Shown here: positions 28,529 to 39,966 of the stretch, one piece after another
Position numbering within the stretch: position 1 is the stretch's first letter
Layout of the letters: the number at the start of each line of letters is the position of its first letter
From: an uncultured Alphaproteobacteria bacterium
GTDB lineage: Bacteria > Pseudomonadota > Alphaproteobacteria > HIMB59 > GCA-002718135
DNA: 64,000 nucleotides
Assembly (NCBI GenBank): GCA_902560725.1
Contig: CACEMR010000007.1
Coordinates: 1,995-65,994 of the forward strand
Reading direction: 5' to 3'
The notes under the pieces: model-generated
The model's database searches: none
What the model was told of the DNA's origin: nothing
The model's input: the letters and a program-made list of their open reading frames with translations, nothing else
Translations under genes and position numbers: made by a program

Positions 28529-29929
28529 ATGACACCAATTATTACTCGATTTGCACCATCTCCTACTGGTAACTTGCATATTGGAAGTGCCAGAACAGCT
28601 TTGATTAACTTTATAGTAAATCAACAAAATCCCTTATCAAAATTTTATATCAGAATTGAGGATACCGATAAAGAAAGATCTAGATCTGAATTTAGTCAAA
28701 ATATTCTAAAGGGATTAGAATGGCTAGGTTTAAATTGGGAAAATGAAATACAAATTCAATCAAAAAGAATAAAAAGACATCAAGAAATTGCCAACAAGTT
28801 ATTAGAAAATAAATTTGCTTATAAATGCATTTGTTCAGAGGAAAAGCTTAAAACACAAAGAGAGCTAATTAAATCTAATAAAAATTTATCTAAAAAAATA
28901 TGTACAGAATGTAAAATTAATAGTGAAGTCCAAGATTTGAAAGAAGGTTTTGTTATTAGAATAAAAATTCCTGATGATGGAAGTTTAAAGATAGAAGATA
29001 AAATCCAAGGAAATGTGGAAGTATTAAATAAGGAAATCGATGATTTTATATTATTAAGAAAGGATCATTCACCAACATATATGTTATCAGTTGTGGTTGA
29101 TGACAATGATTTAGGTGTTAATTTTATAATTAGAGGAGACGATCATTTAAATAATACTTTCAGACAAAATTATATATACAAATATTTAAATTGGAATTCA
29201 CCAGTATATGCTCATATACCATTGATACACGGAGAAGATGGTTCAAAGCTTTCAAAAAGGCATGGAGCTGTTGATGTTTTAGATTTTAAAGAAAAGGGAT
29301 ACCTACCTGAAGCTATAATAAATAATTTAATATTACTTGGCTGGTCTCCAGGTAAAGAAAATGAATTAATAGATATAAATGAAATTATAGAAAAATTTGA
29401 AATTACAAAATTATCTAAATCTTCAAGTATATTTAGTTATAAAAAATTGAATTTTTTTAATAATTATTACTTAAGAAACCAATCAGGTTTAAATAAATTC
29501 TTAGAATATTGTAAAAATAATAAAAAATTAAAAGATTTAATTTTAAAAAATGAAAATAAAATAAAAACAATCTTTGAGGTATATAAAAAAGATTTAAATA
29601 ATTTTGCAGAAATTCTTGATATTGTAGATGTCTATTTTGATAAAAACTTCAAACTTGACCAAAATGAAGTATTTAGTGATGAATTTAAAAGTTTATACAA
29701 AGACTTTTTAAACTCCATTTCAAATATTGATAATTGGGATAGAGAAAATATTCAAAATACTATTTCTGATTTTCTGAATTTAAAAAATATTAAATTTCCA
29801 ATTTTGGGCAAACCTATTAGATTTTTAATGACAAACAGCTATAATGGTCCATCTATTTCTGATATTTTTCTTATTTTAGGTAAAAAAGATTCAATAGATA
29901 GGCTAAATCAATATATAGAGAAAAATTAA
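28529..29929 (+). CDS. gltX: Glutamate--tRNA ligase
   Basis: [34 protein letters not shown]. Confidence 0.96.
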   Translation: MTPIITRFAPSPTGNLHIGSARTALINFIVNQQNPLSKFYIRIEDTDKERSRSEFSQNILKGLEWLGLNWENEIQIQSKRIKRHQEIANKLLENKFAYKCICSEEKLKTQRELIKSNKNLSKKICTECKINSEVQDLKEGFVIRIKIPDDGSLKIEDKIQGNVEVLNKEIDDFILLRKDHSPTYMLSVVVDDNDLGVNFIIRGDDHLNNTFRQNYIYKYLNWNSPVYAHIPLIHGEDGSKLSKRHGAVDVLDFKEKGYLPEAIINNLILLGWSPGKENELIDINEIIEKFEITKLSKSSSIFSYKKLNFFNNYYLRNQSGLNKFLEYCKNNKKLKDLILKNENKIKTIFEVYKKDLNNFAEILDIVDVYFDKNFKLDQNEVFSDEFKSLYKDFLNSISNIDNWDRENIQNTISDFLNLKNIKFPILGKPIRFLMTNSYNGPSISDIFLILGKKDSIDRLNQYIEKN

Positions 29930-29931
29930 TT

Positions 29932-31287
29932 ATGGCTGATTTTGAAGATAAAAAAATAGATAATAAACAGTTTACATTATTTAATAATGAAACTGGCAAA
30001 TCTTATCAATTACCAATTATAGATAGTAAAGAAGGGCCAAATGTTATTGATATTAGAAAATTATATGAAGAAACAGGCTTATTTACTTTTGATCCAGGTT
30101 TTACTTCTACAGCTTCATGTGAATCAGGCATTACTTATATAGATGGAAATAAGGGTATACTTCGTCATAGAGGTTATGACATACATGACCTAGCATTAAA
30201 AAGTGATTTCTTGGAAGTTTGTTATCTATTATTACATGGTGAACTTCCCTCTCCAGAGGATAAAAAGAAGTTTAAAGATGTAATTACAAATCACACTATG
30301 CTTCATGAACAGCTTGTTCATTTATATAGAGGCTTTAGACGTGATGCACATCCTATGGCTATTATGGTAGGAGTTGTGGGAGCTTTATCTGCTTTTTATC
30401 ATGATAGTACAGATTTCTCAGATATTAATCAAAGAATGATTGCATGCCACAGATTAATAGCAAAAATTCCAACAATTGGTGCAATGGCATATAAATACTC
30501 TATTGGTCAACCATTTGTATATCCTCGTAATGATTTATCTTATGCTGAAAATTTTTTATACATGACTTTTTCAGTACCATCAGAAGATTTCGAAATAAGT
30601 CCTAAAATTGTAAAAGCAATGGATAGGTTTTTTATGCTCCATGCTGACCATGAACAAAATGCATCTACGTCAACTGTTAGATTAGCTGGATCATCAGGTG
30701 CAAATCCATTTGCTTGTATTGCAGCTGGTATTGCATCACTTTGGGGACCTGCTCATGGCGGAGCTAATGAAGCTGTTATAAAAATGTTAGAAGAAATTGG
30801 TGATGTGTCTAATATTCAAGAATATATTAATAAAGCTAAAGATAAAAATGACCAGTTTAGATTGATGGGATTCGGACACAGAGTATATAAAAATTATGAT
30901 CCAAGAGCAAAAGTAATGAAAGAAAGTGCTCACGAAGTTCTCAAGGAATTAAATAAACTAGACGATCCTTTATTAAAAATAGCAATTGAACTAGAAAAAA
31001 TTGCCTTAAAAGATGAATATTTTATAGAAAAAAAATTGTTTCCTAATGTTGATTTTTACTCTGGAATAATTTTAAAAGCTCTAGGCTTCCCTACAAGTAT
31101 GTTTACTGTATTATTTGCTATAGGAAGAACTGTTGGATGGATTTCACAGTGGAAAGAAATGATTGAAGATCCAATAAATAAAATTGGAAGACCAAGACAA
31201 CTATATACTGGATACAAAAGTAGAGAATATCAAATTGAAGACTCAAGAGAGAAAAAATCTATATTTAACTGGCTTTGGAAAAAATAA
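29932..31287 (+). CDS. gltA: Citrate synthase (type II)
   Basis: [47 protein letters not shown]. Confidence 0.98.
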   Translation: MADFEDKKIDNKQFTLFNNETGKSYQLPIIDSKEGPNVIDIRKLYEETGLFTFDPGFTSTASCESGITYIDGNKGILRHRGYDIHDLALKSDFLEVCYLLLHGELPSPEDKKKFKDVITNHTMLHEQLVHLYRGFRRDAHPMAIMVGVVGALSAFYHDSTDFSDINQRMIACHRLIAKIPTIGAMAYKYSIGQPFVYPRNDLSYAENFLYMTFSVPSEDFEISPKIVKAMDRFFMLHADHEQNASTSTVRLAGSSGANPFACIAAGIASLWGPAHGGANEAVIKMLEEIGDVSNIQEYINKAKDKNDQFRLMGFGHRVYKNYDPRAKVMKESAHEVLKELNKLDDPLLKIAIELEKIALKDEYFIEKKLFPNVDFYSGIILKALGFPTSMFTVLFAIGRTVGWISQWKEMIEDPINKIGRPRQLYTGYKSREYQIEDSREKKSIFNWLWKK

Positions 31288-31288
31288 T

Positions 31289-32395
31289 TCAAATTAAAGA
31301 TAATATTCTTTTAACACTAATATCATATGGACTTTGACTGGACTCAATAGAAGCTAGATAATAGTTTATATTTTTTATTTGTGTATTTTGTTCTTGTTCA
31401 TTATTTAATATTTTTTTAAACGCATTTATTAGTTTGCTATTAGTTAGATTAGAATTAACTATTTCAGGAATAATCATCTTATTACTAACAATATTTATTA
31501 TGCATGCATATTTAACTTTTATAAATAATTTAAGAACTATTTCGGTTATAAAATTCAGTTTATAGATTATTATTTGAGGAATATTTCTTTTAGCTATCTC
31601 TAAACTAGCTGTACCAGAACAGGTTATACTTATTAAAACATCATCATAAAAACTATCAAATTTTTCAAATTCATTTGAGATCAAAGTTTCAGTTTTCCAA
31701 TACTTAGTTTTTTTAATAATTATATCTTTAAGATGTGGTAATGTAGGTATAAATATTTTCAAATTAATTTTATTGGTAAAAATATAATTTTCTAGAACAT
31801 CAAAATATTTAAATAATTTATTTATTTCATTCTCTCTACTTCCTGGTAAAAAAGAAATATATTTATATGAATTTTTGTTAATTCTTTTTTTAATATGATA
31901 AATTGGATGGCCAACAAATGTTGTTGAAATATTAGGAAATTGAAAATATTTTTTTTCAAAATCAAATAAAAGAAATATTTCATCATATAGATTTGCAAAT
32001 TTTTTTGCTCTTCCTTGTCTCCATGCCCATACAGTAGGTGCAACAATGTGTATAATTTTTTTTGAATAATTATTCTTTCTTAATGATTTTACTAATTGAT
32101 AATTAAAATCTGGTGAATCTATACAAATAATTAAATCATAATCATTATTTATAATTTGTTTTTTTAAAAATTTTATCATTTTCACATATTTCGAAAGTGA
32201 TAATATTACTTCGACTAATCCAATTGATTTAAAGTTTGAAATATCATAAAATTTTTTATTTAAATATTTTTCAGAACGCTTTCCTGAAACACCATCAACA
32301 TTAATATTTTGCAAATCTAATCTTGAAAGAATATTAAAAGATATATTTTCACCAGATTGTTCTGTGCTGCAAATAAAAATATTCTTTTTTTTCAA
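31289..32395 (-). CDS. lpxB: Lipid-A-disaccharide synthase
   Basis: IDSPDFN, VAPTVWAWR, FVGHP, LPGSR..EI, SGTASLE; position after lpxI. Confidence 0.92.
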   Translation of the reverse strand: MKKKNIFICSTEQSGENISFNILSRLDLQNINVDGVSGKRSEKYLNKKFYDISNFKSIGLVEVILSLSKYVKMIKFLKKQIINNDYDLIICIDSPDFNYQLVKSLRKNNYSKKIIHIVAPTVWAWRQGRAKKFANLYDEIFLLFDFEKKYFQFPNISTTFVGHPIYHIKKRINKNSYKYISFLPGSRENEINKLFKYFDVLENYIFTNKINLKIFIPTLPHLKDIIIKKTKYWKTETLISNEFEKFDSFYDDVLISITCSGTASLEIAKRNIPQIIIYKLNFITEIVLKLFIKVKYACIINIVSNKMIIPEIVNSNLTNSKLINAFKKILNNEQEQNTQIKNINYYLASIESSQSPYDISVKRILSLI

Positions 32396-33207
32396 TTTAA
32401 ATCCATGCTTGATATAAATATTTTATTTTTGTTTGCATAATTAATTACTTCTTTTTTATCAATAATAAGACATTTATTTTTTTCTAAAAAAATGCCTTCA
32501 TAATTAAAACTTTTTATAGCTTTAATTGTGTCTAATCCTATAAGTGGAATATCAATTATGGAACTTTGATTTTTTTTACTAAACTTTACAATAATGCCTT
32601 TATCTCCCTTTCTTTTATAATGAGAACATCTTTCAATTAATTTGTCAGTTCCTTCAATTGCCTCCAACCCTAAAACTAGTTGATTTTGAATTATCATTGA
32701 TTGACCAACATCTATTTTTTTAAAATATTTATAAATTAATTTTGATTTAGCAAAATTTAGTTTTGCTAATTTTGAAGGTTTTATAGAACTTATATATTCA
32801 TCAACAGAAAATAATTCTGAGCAATATTTTGTCCAATTAAAAAATATAAATCCTTTTGATTGAAGATAATTCTTAATTGAAATTAATAAATTATTATCAC
32901 CTTTTTTTTCTAAGAACAATTTTTTTGCTAATTTTATTGTTTCTAAATCAAAACCTAAATCACTAATACTAGGCCTTCTTAAGCTACCTGCAAATATAAT
33001 TTTTTGAATATTATTTTTTTTTAAAATATTAATTATGTTTTTAATAGAAATAATATCGATTATAAAATATTTCTCATTTTTATATATTTCTTTATTTTTA
33101 ATTGATTTCAATAATAAATAAGTAACATCAAAATTATTAGCTTTAAGAATTGTGCCAATATTGATTGGCAAATTTCCATCTCCAGAAATTAGACCTATTT
33201 TATTCAT
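32392..33207 (-). CDS. lpxI: UDP-2,3-diacylglucosamine pyrophosphatase LpxI
   Basis: SGDGNLP, DVGQS, EAIEGTD, IDIPLIG; sits between lpxA and lpxB. Confidence 0.88.
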   Translation of the reverse strand: MNKIGLISGDGNLPINIGTILKANNFDVTYLLLKSIKNKEIYKNEKYFIIDIISIKNIINILKKNNIQKIIFAGSLRRPSISDLGFDLETIKLAKKLFLEKKGDNNLLISIKNYLQSKGFIFFNWTKYCSELFSVDEYISSIKPSKLAKLNFAKSKLIYKYFKKIDVGQSMIIQNQLVLGLEAIEGTDKLIERCSHYKRKGDKGIIVKFSKKNQSSIIDIPLIGLDTIKAIKSFNYEGIFLEKNKCLIIDKKEVINYANKNKIFISSMDLN

Positions 33208-33985
33208 TTTCTAAAGAGCAGAGTCCTCTTTTAGGGCGATCAGTAATAAATTTAATTATTTCTTGAATTTCAATTAATTCTCTATCTTTTTTTTCTAAAT
33301 TTGAAATATTGTTAATTATTGCTTCTTTATTATTAAATATTTTTCTAACTGTTTTATTAATTAAGTTTATTGATGAATTGTCTAAACCTTTTCTTTTCAA
33401 ACCAATTAAATTAATACCTTTTAAATTTTCTCTGATTCCTGTGTACAATCCATAGGGTATTATATCTTTTTCAACACCGCTCATTCCGCCAATCATTGCA
33501 TATTTTCCTATTCTAACAAATTGATGGACAGCTGAATTACCTCCTAAAATTGCATTATTTTCAATATGAACATGACCAGCAAGAGTTGCATTATTAGCCA
33601 AGATAACATTTGAATTTATTTTACAATCATGAGCAACATGTGAGCCAACCATAAATAAACAATTATCTTTTATTGTAGTTTTTAAACCCCCTCCTTCTGT
33701 ACCTGGATTAATTGTTACATTTTCCCTAAACTTATTGTTACTTCCAATTTCAAGATAAGATTTTTCATTATTATATTTTAAATCTTGTGGTGCGGAACCA
33801 ATGGAAGAGAAAGGAAAGAAAGTATTTTGATCTTTTATGAAAGTATTACCAACAATTGAAACATTAGAGATGAGCTTGTTATCTTTGCCAATTTGTACAT
33901 TATCACCTACTATACAGTATGGTCCAATATAAGAACTCTCATCAATTTCAGCACTTTTTGCAATTATTGATGTAGGATGTATCAC
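33200..33985 (-). CDS. lpxA: UDP-N-acetylglucosamine O-acyltransferase
   Basis: Hexapeptide repeats, PQDLKY, HVAHDC, TLAGHV, AVHQF; GTG start. Confidence 0.97.
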   Translation of the reverse strand: MIHPTSIIAKSAEIDESSYIGPYCIVGDNVQIGKDNKLISNVSIVGNTFIKDQNTFFPFSSIGSAPQDLKYNNEKSYLEIGSNNKFRENVTINPGTEGGGLKTTIKDNCLFMVGSHVAHDCKINSNVILANNATLAGHVHIENNAILGGNSAVHQFVRIGKYAMIGGMSGVEKDIIPYGLYTGIRENLKGINLIGLKRKGLDNSSINLINKTVRKIFNNKEAIINNISNLEKKDRELIEIQEIIKFITDRPKRGLCSLENE

Positions 33986-34040
33986 AAATTTCTCTTAAAA
34001 TATTAATAAATTTTTTGAATAATTTATTTATTACAAATTA

Positions 34041-34475
34041 TTACTTATATCTTATCATTGCAGAGAATTCTGATTCACTTAATTTGATATTATTTTTAGA
34101 ACAAATTCCATAAAATTTGTATACATCTCTTACCTTATTCAAGATCTTTACTTCAAACTCAACCTCATCATTTGGTAAAACAGGTTTTCTAAATTTTGCT
34201 TTATTGACACTCATAAATAATACTGACTTTTCTGAATATTCTTTTAAAAGATAAGAAACAACAATACCTGCTGTTTGAGCCATAGCCTCAACTAAAATTA
34301 CACCTGGGACAATAGGATTATTTGGAAAGTGTCCTTTAAAAAAATATTCATTTTCATTAAATTTTTTATAAGAAACACCGTGCTCACCTGGTATTTTTAT
34401 TTCACATTTATCTACAAATAAAAAAGGCTCCCTATGAGGAATTAATTTTTTTATATCATTTACTTCTAATATCAT
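34041..34475 (-). CDS. fabZ: 3-hydroxyacyl-ACP dehydratase
   Basis: IPHREPFLFVD, FKGHFP..PIVPGVILVEAMAQ, FRKPVLP. Confidence 0.97.
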   Translation of the reverse strand: MILEVNDIKKLIPHREPFLFVDKCEIKIPGEHGVSYKKFNENEYFFKGHFPNNPIVPGVILVEAMAQTAGIVVSYLLKEYSEKSVLFMSVNKAKFRKPVLPNDEVEFEVKILNKVRDVYKFYGICSKNNIKLSESEFSAMIRYK

Positions 34476-35457
34476 TTAATTTACCTATTTTTATTATATC
34501 TCTTTTCCATTCATTAATATCCTTAGCTGGAAATCCAGCAACAACTTTATTATCTTCAATATTTTTTGTTACACCACTTTTGCCAGCAATTGTAACATTA
34601 TTACCTATATTTAAGTGTCCGGCTAATCCTGATTGACCACCTATTTTTATATTATTGCCAATTTTTGTGCTCCCAGCAATTCCAACCTGAGCAGCAATAA
34701 TAGCGTGATTACCAATTTCAACATTATGAGCAATTTGAACTAAATTATCTATTTGAGAAAATGCACCAATTTTTGTACTATCAAAAACAGCTCTATCAAT
34801 AGTTGTGTTAGATCCTATTGTAGAGCCTTTAGAAATAATAACATTCCCAATATGTATAATTTTTTTCTTACTTTTTTCTTCAAAACCAAAACCAGCAGAT
34901 CCAATTCGAGCACCAGGTTTTATCTCACAACCCTCTTCAATAATACAATTAGAAATTGTAACATTATTATGGATAATGGAATTATTATTTATCACAACAT
35001 CAGGACCTATATTAACATTTGATCCTATTATTACATCATTAAATATTTCAGTATTAGGTCCGATATTTGTAAATGAGTCAATTTGTACATTTTCATGAAT
35101 TTTACACTTTTTATTTAAATTGACATATTCAGATATAATACCATTTGATTTAATTGTTAAAATATTAAATAGCTCAGTTAAACAAGCAAAAGCAAGATAA
35201 GGATCTTTAACTATTATTGATTTGCAATTATCAGGAAGATATTTTATGTAATTTGAATTTATCAAACAAGCTTTTGCTTTACATATTTTTAAATTATCGA
35301 CATACTTAATATTAGAAAAAAAAGAAATATCTTCTTTTTGAGCATTTAATAATGAGTTTATTCCACTGAATTCTTCATCATCTTTGATATCTGATTTAAC
35401 TTCAATTAAATTTTGATTTAATCTAACAACTATGTCTGAATATTTAATCGTTTTCAA
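34456..35457 (-). CDS. lpxD: UDP-3-O-acyl-glucosamine N-acyltransferase
   Basis: GSAGFGF, IGSNTTIDRA, IDNLVQIAHNV, GQSGLAGHL; hexapeptide repeats. Confidence 0.96.
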   Translation of the reverse strand: MKTIKYSDIVVRLNQNLIEVKSDIKDDEEFSGINSLLNAQKEDISFFSNIKYVDNLKICKAKACLINSNYIKYLPDNCKSIIVKDPYLAFACLTELFNILTIKSNGIISEYVNLNKKCKIHENVQIDSFTNIGPNTEIFNDVIIGSNVNIGPDVVINNNSIIHNNVTISNCIIEEGCEIKPGARIGSAGFGFEEKSKKKIIHIGNVIISKGSTIGSNTTIDRAVFDSTKIGAFSQIDNLVQIAHNVEIGNHAIIAAQVGIAGSTKIGNNIKIGGQSGLAGHLNIGNNVTIAGKSGVTKNIEDNKVVAGFPAKDINEWKRDIIKIGKLNDIRSK

Positions 35458-35977
35458 ATTTTTCGAATTCCAAATTTAAGTTAATTTTTTCTAATTCTTT
35501 TTTTAAAATATTTGTTATATTTATAGCATTTGAAGCAATCAAGTAGCTTGTTGAGTCTAATATCAAATCAATATCATTATTTTTAGCATATTTTTCTGCT
35601 AATACAATTATTTCTTTTAATATTATTTTTCTTATCTCAATAATTTGTACTTGATAGTGCGCATTAAAGGTGTCGATTTGATTTGATAAAGTATCCAATT
35701 CTGTGTTGTAATGAATAATCATTTTATTTATTTCATTTTCATCTAATATAATTTTAGAATCTTCAATTTCTTTACGTAAATAATCTAATTTTTTTTCATT
35801 ATTTAATAAAAAATCAGAATTTTTCTTTTGATCTTCGTCTATTTGTTTATTTATTTTTATATAATACTCATTTAAATTAATTATTTCTTCAATGTCAACT
35901 ACTGCGATATTATTTGAAAATAAACTTTTAGTAAATAAAAGAGAAAATAGAAATACAGATATTAATATTCTGATCAA
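35444..35977 (-). CDS. skp: OmpH/Skp periplasmic chaperone
   Basis: Signal peptide, IAVVD, long coiled coil, IDLILD..NIT; sits between bamA and lpxD. Confidence 0.8.
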   Translation of the reverse strand: MIRILISVFLFSLLFTKSLFSNNIAVVDIEEIINLNEYYIKINKQIDEDQKKNSDFLLNNEKKLDYLRKEIEDSKIILDENEINKMIIHYNTELDTLSNQIDTFNAHYQVQIIEIRKIILKEIIVLAEKYAKNNDIDLILDSTSYLIASNAINITNILKKELEKINLNLEFEKFEND

Positions 35978-38244
35978 TCTATGTTTCCAATTGAAAATAA
36001 AAACATTCTTTTAATATCATATTCTTCATCCATTATTGGGAATCCCCAAGTAAAACCTATTGGTCCAATTGGTGAATAATATTTTATACCAAAACCAGCA
36101 GAGGATCTTAAATTAGAATCATCGTTAGTAGGTTTAGTTTTATTTTCCCATAATAATCCATAATCATTGAATATATTAAAATATAAAGGAAAATCTGAAT
36201 TTAGAGTAATTTCTCTAGAGAAATCAATTTTTGTAACAAATAAATTATTTCCACCCACATATGATGTACGAGAGTTTCTTGGACCAGCGCCATAGGTATC
36301 AAACCCTCTCAACCACTTACCTCCAAGAGAGAATTTATCATCAGTAAGTATATCATTATCACTTAATGAAAAAATATTACCAATTCTAGCTTGAAAAGAG
36401 AGTATATTCTTATCAAAATTTTTAAAATTCTTATAAGTAACAACATTTTTAAAAGATCCATTATTTGAACTTTGAGGTGTTTCTATAAAATTTGAATAAT
36501 TAATATATTGGCCATTTTTTGGAACCATGATTGAATTAAGGGTATTATAAAAAAGATTATTCTTTAAAACAAAACTTGCATTTGCTCCTGAAGATCTTCC
36601 AATTGAGTCTGCTACAGTTGATAGATTAGTGACTTTATAATCTTTTAAAATATAATTAATATCAATTGAATGTCGTAAATTTTGATTTAATTTATATGCA
36701 ATACCTACACCAGTTAAAAAAGTATCAAGTTTATAAGAACTAGCTAATGCAAAATCTTCTTGTTTGAAATTAGTTCTGTAAGTTATATCAACATTATTTT
36801 CCGAATTAAGTCTATCTGTAGTTTCTAATGTTAATTGCGTTTTATTATCGGTGGTATTTAAAAGTGCGTTAACTGATCTACCTGTTCCATAAAAATTTCT
36901 TTCGCTTAATCCAGCAACAAGTCCAAGACCGTCAATAGTTCCTACAGAAAGTCCAGCATTTACTGTTCCAGTTTGTGTTTCTTCAACATTTATTTCAATA
37001 TCAGATAAATTTTCACTTAATTCATTTTCTACAATCTTAACAGATTTAAATAATCTCAATGAGTTTAATTTATTCTGTATTCTTTGTAATTGTGATTTAT
37101 TTATTACATCACCTTCAGCTATCTCTATTTCTCTTCTTATAACATTATCAAAAGTTCTTGAGTTTCCATAAATATTAATTTGATTTGCATATCTAGGTTT
37201 TATTGAGAGTATATTATATAAAATGTTTATTTTTTTATCATCTTTTTTATCTGAAACAGTAATTTCAAATAATTCAATACCATTATTTAAAATTATATCA
37301 GATATAGATTTTTCTAAGTCAAGAACTTTGGTGAAAGAAAAATTTTCATCTTTCTTAATATTTTTATTTATAAGTTGAATAATATCATTTTCAATCGCAT
37401 TATTAAGTATTTTTTTATTATCAAGAATAGAAACTTCATTAAAAGAATATTTATGACCCTCATTAATTTTAAAAAAAATATTTACTTTATTAGACTCTAA
37501 ATATTCAACTGTATAATCAATTTTAATATCGATAAATCCTTTATTTTTATAATGATTATTTAGTAAACGAACATCATTTTCAATTTCAAATAATTTAAAA
37601 TTGTTATTAGCAAATATATTAATTAATGTTTTAGTTTTAGATTTTATTCTTGATTTTAATTCTTGGTTATCTAATGATAAATTACCTTCAAAATAAATAT
37701 TTTTTATTTTTGTAATACTACCCTCATTTATTTCAAAATATAAATCAGCTGTATTTGTATTTTCAAATATCTTTTCTGAGAAATTTATTTGAATATTATT
37801 ATAACCAAATGTTGAGTATATATTTTTAATTTCATCTATATAGTTATTAATTGATATTGGATTAAGATTAATTAAATTTAATTGCTGAGAATAAGTAAGT
37901 AACTCTTCATCTTTCAATCTGTCATTTTTTTTAAAATATATCTTGTTGATATTTGGATATTCCGTTATTGAAATTAAATAAGTATTATCTTCAATATTAA
38001 CTGATACATTTTCAAAAAGCATCGAATTATCTAAAGTTTTAAGAAGATAATTTGAATATGACTCAGAAATAACAACTGGCTTATCCTCAATTAAAGATAA
38101 TATAACATCATCATCAGTAAAATTATTACCTTGGATTTGGATTTGGATTTCATTTGAGAACAGTTTTTGAGAAATAATTAATAAAAATAAAATACTAAAT
38201 ATATTTTTTAAGTAATATTTTAATTTTTTCTTCAATCTGCTCAT
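35974..38244 (-). CDS. bamA: Outer membrane protein assembly factor BamA
   Basis: POTRA repeats (I.F.GN, IRRE), ERNFYGTG, LRGFD..GAGP, SPIGPI.F.WG, C-terminal FSIGNID; exact start uncertain. Confidence 0.93.
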   Translation of the reverse strand: MSRLKKKLKYYLKNIFSILFLLIISQKLFSNEIQIQIQGNNFTDDDVILSLIEDKPVVISESYSNYLLKTLDNSMLFENVSVNIEDNTYLISITEYPNINKIYFKKNDRLKDEELLTYSQQLNLINLNPISINNYIDEIKNIYSTFGYNNIQINFSEKIFENTNTADLYFEINEGSITKIKNIYFEGNLSLDNQELKSRIKSKTKTLINIFANNNFKLFEIENDVRLLNNHYKNKGFIDIKIDYTVEYLESNKVNIFFKINEGHKYSFNEVSILDNKKILNNAIENDIIQLINKNIKKDENFSFTKVLDLEKSISDIILNNGIELFEITVSDKKDDKKINILYNILSIKPRYANQINIYGNSRTFDNVIRREIEIAEGDVINKSQLQRIQNKLNSLRLFKSVKIVENELSENLSDIEINVEETQTGTVNAGLSVGTIDGLGLVAGLSERNFYGTGRSVNALLNTTDNKTQLTLETTDRLNSENNVDITYRTNFKQEDFALASSYKLDTFLTGVGIAYKLNQNLRHSIDINYILKDYKVTNLSTVADSIGRSSGANASFVLKNNLFYNTLNSIMVPKNGQYINYSNFIETPQSSNNGSFKNVVTYKNFKNFDKNILSFQARIGNIFSLSDNDILTDDKFSLGGKWLRGFDTYGAGPRNSRTSYVGGNNLFVTKIDFSREITLNSDFPLYFNIFNDYGLLWENKTKPTNDDSNLRSSAGFGIKYYSPIGPIGFTWGFPIMDEEYDIKRMFLFSIGNID

Positions 38245-39346
38245 GATATTTAATTACATCTTTAATATTGTTTAATGAAGAATACAAATTTAAAGATCCA
38301 ACTTTCTTAATTATTTTGTAAATATCTGTATATTTTATAATATTATTTTTAAATAAATTTACTGCTAATTCATTACCAACATTAAATTTTATTAAATTTG
38401 AAGGATTTGTCTTATCCAAATCATTAAAATATTTATATATTGGAAAATTTTTATTATTAACCTCCATAAAATCAAAATCTGAATATGAAGAAAATAATTT
38501 ATTATTATTAATTTTTTTATAATTATTAGATTTTGATAAAAAGTTTATTATAGGTATGGACATATCATTTTTGAACATATTGAGAGAAATTGTAAAATTA
38601 TCTTTTTCAACTATTGAATGAATTAAAGCTTGGGGATGAATCAAAACATCTATTTTTTTGTAAGGAATATTAAATAAATAATGCGTCTCAATTATTTCTA
38701 AACATTTATTAACTAATGTAGCTGAATCAATACTATTTTTATATCCCATTTTCCATTTGGGATGTTTAATTGCTTCTTGAAATTTAATATTTTTTAAACT
38801 TTTAAAATTTTTCTTATAAAATGGTCCACCAGAAGCAGTAATTATAACTTTATTAATATTTTTAAAATAATTAATAGATTTAAAATTTTCAAATAAAGAA
38901 AAATGCTCTGAGTCTAAAGGAAATATATTGGTTTTATTGAAATATTTTTTTTTTCTAAATAAATGTCCTGCAGATACTATTGCTTCTTTGCTAACTATTC
39001 CTAAATTTTTTGTATTATTAACAATGTCTTCAAGATAATATAAAGATTTATATCCAGACACTGCAAGAATAGAATAATCAGAATTTGATTTTTTCAAATA
39101 ATTTTTAAGTTCATTAAAGTTTAATAATTCAATATTATTTGGTAAATTAGATTTAAGTTTTTTTGCAGCATTTTGATTATCTAAATAAATATAATTAGGT
39201 TTAAATATTTTTATTTGTTTTAATAAAAGTGAAACATTAGAATTTGCACATAATAGGTTAATTTTTAATTGGGGAAAATATTTTTTAATTATATTTAACG
39301 TTTTTTGTCCTATTTGTCCTGTAGATCCATAAAGATTTATATTCAT
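38195..39346 (-). CDS. dxr: 1-deoxy-D-xylulose-5-phosphate reductoisomerase (divergent)
   Basis: GSTGQIG, PLDSEH, TASGGPF, HPKWKMG, IDSAT..NK.LE; position after cdsA. Confidence 0.93.
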   Translation of the reverse strand: MNINLYGSTGQIGQKTLNIIKKYFPQLKINLLCANSNVSLLLKQIKIFKPNYIYLDNQNAAKKLKSNLPNNIELLNFNELKNYLKKSNSDYSILAVSGYKSLYYLEDIVNNTKNLGIVSKEAIVSAGHLFRKKKYFNKTNIFPLDSEHFSLFENFKSINYFKNINKVIITASGGPFYKKNFKSLKNIKFQEAIKHPKWKMGYKNSIDSATLVNKCLEIIETHYLFNIPYKKIDVLIHPQALIHSIVEKDNFTISLNMFKNDMSIPIINFLSKSNNYKKINNNKLFSSYSDFDFMEVNNKNFPIYKYFNDLDKTNPSNLIKFNVGNELAVNLFKNNIIKYTDIYKIIKKVGSLNLYSSLNNIKDVIKYHEQIEEKIKILLKKYI

Positions 39347-39966
39347 ATTATTTTATAAAATATTGAGTATGTAATTATAGACAAAATAAAGCTATCAAAA
39401 CGATCGAAAAAACCACCGTGGCCTAGTAATAAACTGCTAGAGTTTTTAATATTATTTTTTCTTTTAAAATAAGATTCAATTATATCACCTAAAAGTGCTG
39501 AAAAGATAATTAATGAAACGAAAATAAAAATTAAATAAGTAAAATCTAAATGAAAATAATATATATAAATAACACTAATCAAAACAGAAAAACAAATACC
39601 ACCTATTAACCCTTCTAATGTTTTGTTAGGACTAATTTTACCAAATATTTTATTTTTACCAATTGCTTTTCCAATAAAAAAAGAAAAAATATCAAATGAA
39701 ATAATTATCAAAATCATTAAATTAAAATTTACTAAAAATTCTTGTTTAAAATCAATAGAATATAAGAAAAACAATGAAATTATTAAATATAAAGAAATTA
39801 TTAATTTTAATTTAATAAAATTAATTATAACTTCATAAAATATTAGCAAATAAATAGCTAAAGCTAAAAATAAAATATACTCGAATTTTATTAAAGATAA
39901 TAATAAATAAATAAATAAAAAAAAAATTGAAACAAAAAACCTACTTATTAAACTACTGTAAACCAT
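39343..39966 (-). CDS. cdsA: Phosphatidate cytidylyltransferase
   Basis: DIFSFFIGK, KISPNKTLEG, GDIIESYFKR..IKNS...GHGGFFDRFDS. Confidence 0.93.
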   Translation of the reverse strand: MVYSSLISRFFVSIFFLFIYLLLSLIKFEYILFLALAIYLLIFYEVIINFIKLKLIISLYLIISLFFLYSIDFKQEFLVNFNLMILIIISFDIFSFFIGKAIGKNKIFGKISPNKTLEGLIGGICFSVLISVIYIYYFHLDFTYLIFIFVSLIIFSALLGDIIESYFKRKNNIKNSSSLLLGHGGFFDRFDSFILSIITYSIFYKII

